A DNA stretch of 62,297 nt, counting the filler, from Platydemus manokwari (taxonomy: Eukaryota): NCBI GenBank assembly GCA_037951405.1. It is 6 parts of 6 records of this genome, joined end to end, with 100 filler letters (N's around TTAATTAATTAA, not from the genome) between each part and the next. Parts side by side here need not be neighbours in the genome. Positions count along the whole stretch, not along the records: positions 1 to 10,344 come from JBBMOY011142660.1; positions 10,445 to 19,853 come from JBBMOY011253652.1; 4 more parts are not named here. One strand, given 5' to 3'. Position numbers and translations under genes: made by a program. A model generated the notes under the pieces. The model was not told the origin of the DNA and made no database searches. It saw nothing but the letters and a program-made list of their open reading frames with translations. Numbering within the stretch: the first letter of the stretch is position 1; each line of letters begins with the position of its first letter. Below, in pieces: positions 1 to 11,126 of this stretch.

Positions 1-1464
1 CATATTGTGATGGTCTGTATGCCAAACAAGCAAAATGTGAAAAGAACAGTAATTGATAATAATAATTAATCGAATATCTAATGAATTATTATATAATTCA
101 GATGAATAAATAACTGACACGAACGTGGATTGAATAAGTGTGAAAATAGTTGTAATATTTTGTTTAAATAAATGTTAATAGAACTGATTTCTTTATATTT
201 GAATCATTTGATGTATATATAATGTCTTGATATGGACAATCACAATAACATGGTTTGTAGGAGATATGGCAAATTCCATAATAAATTTACGAATTTATTT
301 TCAATAAAATAATTGTTGTTATCAAAATATTAGTTTATATTGAAGCAATCATTCATTGATCTTATTGTCTTCACATTGGTAAATTCTAAATATTATATTT
401 ATATATCTTGATAGTAATATTTTACAAATCATGAAATTGTTAATCGATTGCTCCTCCTTAATAAATAACTATTAGATATTATTAAAATGCAATAAAGTTT
501 TTATATGTATTCGACATAATTCTTAACATCAATCTTGTAATTCCTTCTAGCGATTTATAATGTGAATGATTTCAATGTGTACACTTTGTACATCAAAATA
601 AACACAACAAATTTCAAAAAATGTTTAATTGAAAATTAATATCAATACTTCATTATGTGTATTACTAAATATTGATCTGAAATTATTTCTTGAATATCAC
701 CTATATGTGTTTATTGATTATCATTCAACAAAAACAACAATTTAGTTTTGAAAATATCTCAATCATAATAAATTCCAAATGTTAGATTGTGATCAAATTT
801 AAATAAATAACTCCATTTTAAACCGATTTATACCAAAAATCAATGTGGTTAAGTGTTTGAAAAGTAGCCATAATAAATCTTGGTTTGCTTATGATTTTTC
901 CTATCGTTTGATTTCCACAACAATGTGAAGATTGTGATACAATATAAAATGTTTAACATAGAACAGTTTTCAATTGTCTTCTCAGAACACAAATCATAAT
1001 AAAACTTTTAGAACTAACGTAAGATAGTGATGTCAAATCAATTAAATAGATAAAATGTGTTTAATATTTGAGAAAGAAAATATCTAATCTACATGATTAA
1101 TAATCAAAAATTAAAACTAAAATATTTACAAAATCATAAACATAAATGTTTACTATATTAAATTAATTATTCAAAATGATGGCATTTACAAATAAAGAAA
1201 TTAAATAAATTAACATTGAATAATTATTTTTCTATCCTGCTATCATCACACTTGTTATCATTCAACAAATTATTTTTGTAATTAAAAATTAACATTTAAT
1301 AATATTTGATTCTAAACCCATTTAGAAATCCTAATTTTACAAAAGTTAGGAAAATAAGAAATAAATAGCTGATGAAGATGAAGTAAAGGATAAGCTTTAT
1401 GCGGAAATAGATGAACTACACATAAAACAGGTGCAATACTATCTTTTCCAAATTGTACAATAAA

Positions 1465-2113
1465 AGTCACTAGTTTTTTGGAATGCCAATTAACCTATAT
1501 AAGCTTGGCAGAATTTTACCAGAGGATGGAATCAATAAGAGACCTTCTAAGATCTACTAAGATGCAAAAAGAGAAAAGAGAAAATAGAAGCCATGAAAAG
1601 TAAGAAAAATGAAATAATAACAGAGAAAATGATATAGAAAGTATAGCGAATTAAACCGTTTAAATAGGAACAACGGGACCAGAAAGCTCTCGAGACATTA
1701 AAAGAATATCTAATACAAGAACCAGTACTTAGATATCCAAATATGAGCAAACCAATTCTACTTATGACAAAGCAGATATGCTATCGGAGCAGTTTTAGCT
1801 CAGCAGGAAAACGGGGAAAAGGATCATGCAATAGCCTACGCAAGAAGATGCCTAAAGAAGCATGAGAAAAATTTCGGGACAATAGAAAAAGAGACTTTGG
1901 CCATAGTGTTCGTGGCGAAGAAGTTTAGGGACTAACTATGTGGAAGGAAAACTATCCTTTATACAGACCACAGTCCCTTACAATGGCTGTTGAAACATAG
2001 AGAATCAATAAGTAAGCTCATTAAATGGGAATTAATATTGCAGGAATATGAGAGAAATTAAATATAAGACGGGTAGAGCAAATGCGAATGCTGACGCCCT
2101 ATATCGAATGCCT
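1465..2113 (+). pseudogene. Gypsy pol: RT thumb/connection and RNase H (frameshifted, with stops)
   Basis: Manual translation: FK*EQRDQKALETLKEYLIQEPVLRYPNMSKPILLMT / IGAVLAQQENGEKDHAIAYARRCLKKHEKNFGTIEKETLAIVFVAKKFRD*LCGRKTILYTDHSPLQWL / IKYKTGRANANADALYRMP. These are the Ty3/Gypsy RNase H motifs (GAVL.Q, EKE.LA, TDH.PL, N..ADAL). Confidence 0.92.
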
Positions 2114-2396
2114 CAAGAGAAAGGGGAAATTAGAGAAGAATTTGAAGATTAGGTAATTGCAATAAAAACTTGAAAAGAAATAGTCAAGGAAATACTACTA
2201 GAGGCAACCGTATTTGCGGTAATACATAGAGGAAAAGGACTACCAAGAAAGAACCAAACAGAAGATGACGATTTTACAAAACGATAAAAAACATGCTGGC
2301 TTTATATACAAAGATTGGGACGTGCATATAGGATAATGTCTATATGTTTATAGGAATACGCAGGATAGTACAACAAAGGAAATTTCCTTATATTTA

Positions 2397-2765
2397 ATGT
2401 ATTTAAGGGACAACAATATGTCCATAGATCTAGAATACGTACACTCATCTTCACAAAATATGGACGAAAAAGATTATAAAACAGAAATGCAGGAGAAAAT
2501 GCAAACGGCATGGAAGAGGGCCTGCTTGCAGATAAAATACACTCAAGAAAGTTATAAAGAGGCCTACGATAGGAAAGCCAAACTACATAATTTCAAAATA
2601 GGAGACCGGGTGTTAGTAGATACCCCACAACCTATCAAAGGATTATACCCGAAATTACAAAGGACATTTAAAGGATCTTATACGGTTAAAAAAGTAACTC
2701 CAACAAATTTGCAATTAAAAAGAAGAGGACCGGCAGGACCATTGATAGTCCATGCCAACAGATGA
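2397..2765 (+). pseudogene. Gypsy integrase C-terminal region (GPY/F-type module); HHCC and DDE core not seen
   Basis: ORF track: QESYKEAYDRK...FKIGDRVLV...KLQRTFKGSYTV...LIVHANR(MK), matching F..GD.V, KL...F.GPY and VH.NRLK. Confidence 0.85.
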
Positions 2766-3092
2766 AAAAGAGTTACCAAGATAGTACAAAGTCGTCACGA
2801 ATTGCGATCGAGAACCCAGACAATAGCATCAGTTACTTTGGGAAAAAGTATGAAATTACTCAAATTGTTTTGGATGCCATTATGCATGCTATCTTTATTG
2901 ATATACACAAATGCGAAAGAACTCGCAGTAAAAAGAGTTCTATTTTGAAGTAGACTCAACAAAAATCACCTCACATTGCAACTGTGAATGGGACCCAATT
3001 TTATCCATAGCGTTGCTTTTTAGGAAGATGCAACAGAGCCCAAATAAATTTAGGGGCAGCAAAAATGAAGGTTACGTTTAATAACCTAAAAC

Positions 3093-3755
3093 CATATCGT
3101 AATCATTGGCTAGGCCATAATTAGGAATGAAGACGATAGAGAATATCAAGCCAAGCAAAAGTTTAAAGTAAAAACGCGCATATTAAGAGCGCCAGTAAGA
3201 TATCACGTACAAACAGAGACAATTATATGGGCAATTATTTGGAATCCGGAAAGAAACAGAACGATACAGATACAAATAGGAAATCTAGTAATAATGCTGG
3301 ATAAAAACCATCAGGTACATAAGCTGCCTATGGAGAAACAAGGAACAGTTAAAGCTTCAATATGGTATCACCTATGGAATGCGGATTTAGCACGGTATAG
3401 CATACAGGACTACGACTAAACAAAAAACAAAAACAACACGACAGTGGGATTTATTCAGAAGATGGATGAAAGTCCAGATATGTCAAGCTAGACAGAGAAG
3501 AAAGAATATAACCTTAACGATGACGTCGATTTTTTGGATCACCGGTACTCGTACACTACGGATGAGTATTGTACAATACTGGTAAAAAGGGGACTCTACG
3601 CAGACTCTACCATAATATATATAGGATTAGTGATGATAATCATCATAATCCTCATCATAATTATAAATGCATTGACAAAGATTGTGGTCATATACACAAG
3701 AAGTGAAAGAAGGCGAGTCAGAATAGAAAGATGTCCCCAGTTGATAGAAATCTAA
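3093..3755 (+). pseudogene. env-like ORF: ectodomain, C-terminal transmembrane anchor and basic tail
   Basis: One frame (same as ORF 3534..3755) runs about 220 codons with only three stops: ...WNPERNRTIQIQIGNLVIMLDKNHQVHKLPMEKQGTVKASIWYHLWNADLARYSIQDYD*TKNKNNTTVGF...[37 protein letters not shown]. It contains N-glycosylation sequons NRT and NNT/NTT and lies after the integrase. Confidence 0.55.
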
Positions 3756-3859
3756 ATACTAATGTCGCGTCGCTAAATAAAGAGTTATATGTAAATGTAC
3801 AGTATAAAATTCATGGTTTAAGTTTATTTCATAAACAGAAATTAATAATAAATGATTAG

Positions 3860-3873
3860 TTTGTATTTTGCAG
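3860..3873 (+). promoter_or_regulatory. Candidate splice acceptor for a subgenomic mRNA of the downstream ORF
   Basis: TTTGTATTTTGCAG, a U-rich tract plus CAG in otherwise A-rich element sequence, ends 7 nt before the ATG at 3881. Confidence 0.5.
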
Positions 3874-3880
3874 ACAAACA

Positions 3881-5104
3881 ATGAGTACGAGGAACAAAAC
3901 TTCAATAAAGAACTTGCCAAAAATCCCCAAGAAGAAGACTCTTGGTCGTACAAAGCTGGTCAAGCCAAAAGTAGTTTTCAAGCGGATCGAAGCCTATATG
4001 GGGAAACACCATTGGCGGCAGGTGTATTTTGGTAACGTAATAGATATTCCCAACATAATTAAGAAAAGGCCGTCGAATATCGAAAAGACTTTATCCGAGT
4101 GGAGAACCCGGATGACGACCTTAATCTATCTTGTCTAATAGCGGACCAAGAAGAAATTGAACTAAATAACGTTTTATCCACGATTCAGGTGTATAGCAAA
4201 GAACTGGCTTGGAAGGTAATAGTACCTCCAGTGCCGGTAATAAAAATCAAAGGAAACAGCGCAGATCTAAAGATGTAATTAAGAACCTAGAAGACCAAAA
4301 GGAATGTGAGCTCTCACAAACTTTGAGCGCAATCAGCCCAAATGGCAGAAACCTCCCAGAAATCTAGAAGAAGAATTTGGAGACGTACCACAAGAGTACG
4401 CAAAAATTTACTATCATAAATCATTTCTACGGAAAGCTAATATTTGGTGCAGGATTAGTAGCAGTAGCAATGAACATCCTCAATTATGGGGGAGATCTTG
4501 TATACTCCCAAGTAATATCACCTAGGCCAATGATAACCGATTATAGAACGCAACAACACGGCCTATTAGACGAGATCATTGAAGGTCAAAAAGACGAACT
4601 GGAAGTTACAGACGAAGTCAACCACCTCCTAAGAGGGAAGATGGTAGTAGGATACAAGGTGCTAGAAGAGTTAAACGCACTCAGAACCACTATTAGAGAT
4701 ATTTGTGGCGTGCGATAATTATCCAACGCTCTAGCATTCCAAGAAGATGGAGTGAAACGAAGCGATTAAAGATTCACGCTGAACAAATTGGTGCACCACT
4801 ATCTAAAGCACAAACTCGCACAAAGATTTTAGAATTATGAACGGACGCATCAAGTGGAGGTCGTTCAAAGAATTTATCTGGCTGTAGATGGAAGGATAAT
4901 GGGGTGTTTTTATCCAAGAGGAAAAAGCAACTAACCACAGAGGCAGAAATCCAAAGGACACAGCCTCTAACAAAAGAAAAGAAGGAACGTATCAACCTTA
5001 TTCGGGTGGAGAAACCCGAAGGTAGAAAACGCAGTAGGAGTGAAACTCGAAACGATATTGACTTCGAACAAATCCCAACCCTCTGTCAGCAGTTTCAGAT
5101 GTAG
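3881..5104 (+). pseudogene. Retrotransposon accessory ORF: basic N-terminus plus REX4/ISG20/AEN-like DEDDh 3'-5' exonuclease fold (about 4400-4900), disrupted
   Basis: Reading ORF 4377..4718 through its stops gives VAMNILNYGGDLVYSQVISPRPMITDYRTQQHGLLDEIIEGQKDELEVTDEVNHLLRGKMVVGYKVLEELNALRTTIRDICGVR*LSNALAFQEDGVKRSD*RFTLNKLVHHYLKHKLAQRF*NYERTHQVEVVQRIYLAV, then RWKD after a frameshift. This matches REX4-family blocks S.VN..G.VVY, P...VTDYRT..SG, EV..LL.GK.LVGH, RDT, SL..LA...L and LY...W. ORFs 3881..4138 and 4904..5104 appear to be pieces of the same ORF. Confidence 0.7.
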
Positions 5105-5580
5105 ACATTCATCAGCTGCTATATCTTGGATATGCATGCAATCGGATATGCGAGGAAAGAAATGTCAAAAAAAGAAAGTTTTGACAAGACATTGATTATT
5201 AAATGTGAAATGACATTGATTTTTTTTGAATTTTATTTATTTAATTAAATGATAATATGTTATGAATAATTGATTTATTGATATGTTTTTAGATTGAAAA
5301 ATCTCAAAATTTTGTGAGGGCGAATAGACAAGTAGAGAAGAATTAACAAATTTAAAATTAACACTCAAATTCAAGACAGAAATTAATCACCAGGGAATGA
5401 ATTTAATCATCCAACAAAGATACCACAGGCATTTCCATCAATTTTATGAATTATAAGCAGAGTTATTTTTGTAATACATTAAAATAAAATTTATTCAAAG
5501 TTATATTTTTTTTATAAAATAAAAACAATATGAAAGCAACATAAAATTGTAAAGAAATTATTTATTTTAAGAAGGCAGAA

Positions 5581-6145
5581 TCTATTTTTTAATAAAAATT
5601 GTGTTAAAGGCAATTTTAGTCTAAATTAAGCAGCCACAGGCCAAGTTCAGTGATTGGGCTTAGAAAATATTAAACAATCAGGGAATGCACAGGAGGAAGG
5701 TGCATCACGAATTAAGTATATAAAGAGCGAGATAACAATCGTATTACCTTTCTGAAGTCGCAATTTTGATAATGATTATTTATATTAAAAGTATAGAAAG
5801 CCCTACATCCAGTGTAGTTGTAAGGGCGGTGTGTATCGTATATTAGAGGTATATTGTATTGGTTCTAGCAGTCAGATGAACCGGTTAGTAGTAGAGAAAA
5901 TATCGTAATATTAGTTAGAAGTAGTTTCTGAGTTAAGGTATTCAAGAGAAGTTACGGGACCTAGTCCGCGATTTATTGACGTAACCGTTTAGAAATTGTG
6001 ATCCCCATTGTTATCTTTAGACTAAATTGTAATATAAATGTATGTTTTAAACAGCGAGTGTTAAACTTGAGTGTGTACCGGACATAGGAGAAGAGTCAGA
6101 TAGAGAAGTAATCGAGTAGCAAGGTTTAGGCAGATCTACCTAACA
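5581..6145 (+). repeat. 3' LTR of the Gypsy element (LTR family A); start uncertain
   Basis: Purine tract TTAAGAAGGCAGAA before 5581, TATA-like TATATAAAG near 5716, end ...TAACA at 6145. Shares AGTGTAGTTGTAAGG (5811-5825) and the GGAC-CTA-GTCC hairpin (5957-5967) with the copy at about 10.6-11.1 kb. Confidence 0.6.
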
Positions 6146-6336
6146 AATTATACATTGAAAATATTTTAATGTTTCAAAATATATGGAATTTCAAGGTTGA
6201 AGAACTTTTAAAATCATAAATCATAAGGTCCGAAAAATGAAAATAATACAAATATGTGAGAATAATAGAAAAGTCCTATTGTGGAATGAAGGGGCACAAA
6301 GAAGAAAAATTGAGTTTATTTATTTCAAAATTTATT

Positions 6337-8061
6337 TCAAATAATAATCGATCGAATAATTTTATCGAGGTTTGAGTTGTCATCATGTCTCGGAAGTGAT
6401 GGGCAAATGTTGCTTGGGAGTGCTGCTGGCTTTGGCATGGAATAGTATGTAATGATCTCATAGATTGTCGGAGTTGCAGTGGGGTTGGTTGATGGCATAA
6501 TGTTTCTAAGAATTTTCTTTGGCTCAGTTTGGAATTGTGTTCTGAGTTTGTAGTCCAAGGAAGATTCGTCCATTAGATGTAGCACTGACGGCTTGATGAC
6601 CTTCTTCGAAGCGATTCTGGATGTGTCGATGGATGAGATAGCTGTCCAAGTGGAAGTGAGCATTTGAATGAGACCCACGGTGTGACTATCCAGGTGGTAT
6701 TTGAAGCCCGTGCCTGGTCCGATGTATCTGCAGTAGCATTGGACGGCGAAGTCAGATTTGATGGCAATGTTGTGTGTCTTATTGAAGTGCTTCGAAACTA
6801 TTGTGGTGTTCGCAAAGGGGAAGCGATAAATCTTCGTGCACATGTTGCATTTTACGTTCTTATCATCAGTAAGGATCATATTGGCAGGGGTTTGACTGGC
6901 TCCACTGTAAATTATCGATAAGTATTTGAGATTTGACTTTGAGATTGGTTTGGAATAACTGGAGTTGTAGTTATGGTTTCGTCAGTTGAGGTAGAGTTAA
7001 CTTCCGAATCTGAGAGAGTGATTGAATCGTTGAGACGATGTCTTTTATTTCGTTATCCATCATAATTGGTTCGAAGTCGATCATTGGTTGAGTGGATAGT
7101 TGGTTGTGTGTTTGTCGTTGGTGCTGGCAGGTTGGATGTGGAAGTATTTACTGAATCTTTTCGATTTGATCGAAAATTGTTGAATTTTTTGCTGTGATGA
7201 TTTGTAGCAAGTTTCGGAAAATCAGACCAAGGGAATTGTAATGTGCATGAGGTGATGTGGAGTATTATTAACAGCTGGTTGAAATTTATTTGGCAATCTT
7301 GTTTTATTATTGTTTTCAGTGTTTGAGATGTTCGTAGGAGTTCGTTTGTTGGTAATGTTCTGATAGTATCTGAGATTATTATTGGGCATACTGTGGAGTT
7401 GAATGCCTTTGTGGATTGCTTGTCCATTTTGACTCTCATCGCTTTTCTATTAAATTCATTGAAATCGGCGTAAGCGGTCAAACTAAGTGCTGCATTAATG
7501 TGGCTGAGCACACCTTTTAAAAATTGGTTTTCGACGACTTTTCTGATTTGTGACGGCCATTCTGCCTTAAAATTAAAATTTTTCTGCTAGAGTAGAAAGA
7601 TGAAATTTGAATTCTTTGATCGTTTATTTTGTATTTTGAGTTCGAGATAAGAATTATTGTCGAATAATTCGACCCAATCTCCGCCAATGAGTTTTTCGGA
7701 AAGAATATCTTTGATAGTCATCTACTCTTTGATATTTTAGAGGCTAATTTGATTTTATGTCTCTCTTGCTGCTCCTATCAGATAGATTGGCAGTCGTTGT
7801 ATAATTTTTCGTTCTGCCCATAATTATGCGGTACTGTACATGGCGTAATCAGTCATGAAATCGATGGGGTCGCCACTGCATTGTTCGACTGGCAATTTCT
7901 GGCAGCCCGCGAACTCTACCGGATCACTTGGTCTAACGACTTGAATAGGAATTTGGTGTATTAGATTCGCTGGAATTTGATTAGGAATTTATAATAATAA
8001 ATTATTATTTTTTAAAGATTGAAAACATAACGATCGGATCTTCTGAGTTAAAGTCCGGCAT
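6337..8061 (-). pseudogene. Retroelement gag-like (capsid) ORF followed by BED-like and C2H2-like zinc fingers; no pol seen
   Basis: Minus-strand translation: PVEFAGCQKLPVEQCSGDPIDFMTDYAMYSTA*LWAERKIIQRLPIYLIGAARET ... ENQFLKGVLSHINAAL (gag capsid pattern F.G...DP..F...Y...W...LP.YL.G.A and F..G). Then a Ser/Thr-rich linker, CNMC-x16-HFNKTH and CYC-x11-HLDSH (6682-6849). Confidence 0.6.
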
Positions 8062-8556
8062 TTTTGGGTAAAACTAATTGGAATCATCGTTTGAAAATTC
8101 TAAGTTATAATTATGCAACAAAATTGTATTATTTGGAGTCAAAGCGTCAACGTTATCTCTCTAAGTCATACTCAAAAAAAAGTATCAGAAATAACAACCA
8201 TAAAAAAGTAGTGGTCATAATAATGACACAAGTTTAACGGCAATGAGAAACTTTCCATATTTACCCCCAGTCTTGCAGAATTGTTCATTATTTCTTCAAA
8301 CAAGTTGTTTATCAAATTCTCTTCTATGGCTCATTTCATTGAAGTATCTCGATTTTATTGCCTTTTGTTGGAATGTGCTAATTAACTATGAAATTTAATT
8401 TATGTATTGATATTTTGGAGGCTCCTAACTGGTTTCTGGCATGTGCTTATCGATATACCGTCTGTATGTATCGACCATTTGATGACTATTTCTATGTTTG
8501 GTTAGGTAGATGGCTTGTCACCCAATCAATAATTTTCTTATCTACTCTGCAATTAA

Positions 8557-10344
8557 CACTGGATATACCAGCTATTTAATATACCTATTTCTACCAAACC
8601 AGTCAAAATGACTGGTGCATAAGAAAAAAGGCTTTTTCCCGTCTATATTTACTCTTACAAAAGACAAAAATAAAGTTGAACAATATTAATTATAATAGAT
8701 AAATGGATTTACAGACATTGCCAATTAACAAAACACTTAATTGTTTGCAGTTTTTTGCTCACAATTTCTACATGTGTAGATTTTGCTGCGTGCACACTTT
8801 CCGAATAGACTTTTTTTGCATTTATTGCAAATATTTGTAGTTTTATTGTTATTGCAATATCATATTTGTCACCATTTTCGTACAGAAACCGTGGCATTTG
8901 TGGTTGGTATATTGACTTCGTGTGGTTTTTGCCTTGAAATCTGATATTCTGAAGCAAGTTCTTCTGCTAATCGAAACAGAAAGTCTTTTCGTGAGATATT
9001 TTCTCCTGTTGTGTTTTTGTACAATATCCAGCTATTTATTACGGCTAAATCTAAAATATTGAAAAATACTTGAAGTGGCCACCTTCTGAAACCTGATTTC
9101 ACCGTATATTTTAGTGCCATTTGATCAGTAACATCGACGCCAAATTTAGTATTATTATGAAATGATACGGTTTCGGGTAATTTATTTGCAGCTTTATCAA
9201 TTTTGATGTGTTTATGTTTTGTACTTAGTATTGGTACAACAACGTTGAGAAACGTGCCATGTTGTCTTTTTTCAGTTTGCAATTTTTGGCAGCTCCCCCT
9301 TGTTTGCGCGTATTATTCCAAGCAACTCAGTATTTTTAGATTTTAATTTTAACGCTAAAGGAATACTTGTAAAAAAATTATCAGTTGTTACGGTTCTACC
9401 CTTCATGGTATATAGTTTAAGAAGTTTCATCACGACAATTCGCTTAGGGGGGTTAATGCATTTCGTGTCTCGTATTTTCATAAATACGGAAAGCCATTTA
9501 ACACACATTTCGTCTTTACATCGGACGCCAACCAAATTTTTATGCCAAATTTTTGGGGTTTGTTTGGCATATATTGAGTAAATCTGCATCTGGCCTTTGA
9601 TGGAAAAAGTTGCTAATCCACGGTAATATTAGCTCCCGGTTTGAAGCAATTTTTAATGTTTTCAATAAATTTATCCCAAACTGCTGAGACTAAAGCGAAC
9701 TTATCTGTCTGCAAACTTTCACTCCTCTGATTTTTTTTGTCGAAAGGAATGCCTTCAATTTTTCTTGCGTAATTGTCCAGTTTTTCCACAAAACTCGAGA
9801 CGCTTCTAACTCAGAACAAATTCGAATAGGTTCCAAAATATGATTGTCAATCAGTAATATAAACGCACTACTTAGATTCCCGTTCATAATGTTTCTTTAA
9901 GCATGTGCTATTGGCCGTGTACATCTTTGAAAGCACTATGAAGTGGTGATCTACCAGCAATACCTCCTTCAAATCTCGTCCAAATAGTTCCGTCTAAAGC
10001 AATTTCAGTTTGCTGATTTGGTATGTTACTTCCACATTCATCTTCAGAACTTGAAGGGAATCGCATACATCCTCTTGTGTGTTTGTTTAGAATATTTTCG
10101 CAATAGCTGTCACTTGACTGATCTATATTGCCTTCATCAGGAATTTCATCATCACCACTTTCGATAATAGTACTATTACTTTCACTTTCTACATCTGAAC
10201 ATTCCAGAGGTATGTTCATTGCATTTTCTAAATATGTAGAAAGTTTTGCTTTTTGACACTCTTAGGGGCTCAGAATCACTATAAAAATTTTGTCTATAAG
10301 AAAAATGTTGCGAGTTGAACAAAGCTAGAAACAAGACTGAACGT
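8557..10344 (-). mobile_element. piggyBac-superfamily DNA transposon, degenerate; 5' end lost at the gap
   Basis: TTAA at 8553-8556 followed by the terminus CACTGGATATACC. Subterminal hairpin ACCAGTCA-AAA-TGACTGGT at 8598-8616. Transposase remnants lie inside. Confidence 0.85.
8737..10219 (-). pseudogene. piggyBac (PGBD4-like) transposase, frameshifted
   Basis: Acidic N-terminus with DGTIW; GRTVTTDNFFTSIPLA; HNNTKFGVDVTDQM...RRWPLQVFFNILDLAVINSW; C-terminal Cys-rich domain read through stops (W*QI*YCNNNKTTNICNKCKKSLFGKCARSKIYTCRNC), stop at 8737. Confidence 0.93.
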
Positions 10345-10444
10345 NNNNNNNNNNNNNNNNNNNNNNNNNNNNNNNNNNNNNNNNNNNNTTAATTAATTAA
10401 NNNNNNNNNNNNNNNNNNNNNNNNNNNNNNNNNNNNNNNNNNNN
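10345..10444. other. Assembly gap / artificial contig linker
   Basis: N44-TTAATTAATTAA-N44, identical at all five gaps. Confidence 0.98.
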
Positions 10445-10587
10445 ATACAGGCAAAAAGTAAATTATAATAAGCAAAAGATAATAATGATTAAAAAATTAA
10501 CGATAAATCCATAAAATAAAATAAATGTATCATAAAAATGTTATTAACATTAATAAAATTGAATAATAATTTCTAAGATAAAATTAA

Positions 10588-11126
10588 TTAAGAAGTACGA
10601 ATTTAGTGAATATTGAACTTAATAATTAAATTGGAATTGAACATAACAATTTTCAACTATAATCGGAAACTGAAGTGTACAAATCAAATAATAAGTTAAA
10701 ACAGCAGAATCCATACGATAGTGATTTAGCACTTTATTTTTGAGCAAGACTACTAAAAAGAGGTAATGTGCTTATTTTTAGTGCAATAGATCCTGCAACG
10801 AGTGTAGTTGTAAGGATGTAGAGTATTGAAGTGTATTAGCAGCGTGCAATTTGGTGATTGTTTAGCATTACATTGTAATATTAGCCAAAAGTTGATTGTG
10901 AGATAGGGTAACCTGAAGAAGTATCGGGACTTAGTCCTAATGTTATTCACTTGACTTTATTATACGAGACTTGTGTCATGTGTGTATTTTTCGCGGTGTA
11001 AATTGCAATAAAATATATTTTATTCCCACGTATTATTAGTTTTTACTCTGTGAGTACCTGAGTTAGAATAGGACTAGAATTAATTAGAGGTAGACACGAA
11101 CCGTTAAGTTATGGCGACTTTAAACA
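10588..11126 (+). repeat. Diverged second copy of LTR family A with upstream purine tract
   Basis: TTAAGAAGTACGAA (compare 5567-5580), AGTGTAGTTGTAAGG at 10801-10815, GGAC-TTA-GTCC at 10927-10937, end TAAACA at 11126. All are collinear with 5567-6145 at an offset of about 5.0 kb. Confidence 0.6.

Larger units (their letters stand above)
1370..6145 (+). mobile_element. Degenerate, internally deleted Ty3/Gypsy LTR retrotransposon (3' half): RT thumb/RNase H, integrase C-terminus, env-like ORF, exonuclease-like ORF, 3' LTR
   Basis: Collinear plus-strand, A/purine-rich coding remnants in Gypsy order (RNase H before integrase), ending in an LTR-like segment that terminates in ...TAACA at 6145. 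The left boundary is approximate. Confidence 0.85.

Noticed and set aside
5152-5165. GAGGAAAGAAA-TGT as polypurine tract and LTR start
   Set aside because: Possible, but the tract at 5567-5580 has a counterpart in the second LTR copy and coding-like sequence continues to about 5460, so the later start is preferred.
10389-10400. TTAATTAATTAA as the piggyBac TTAA target site
   Set aside because: It is identical in all five gaps and embedded in Ns; an assembly linker.
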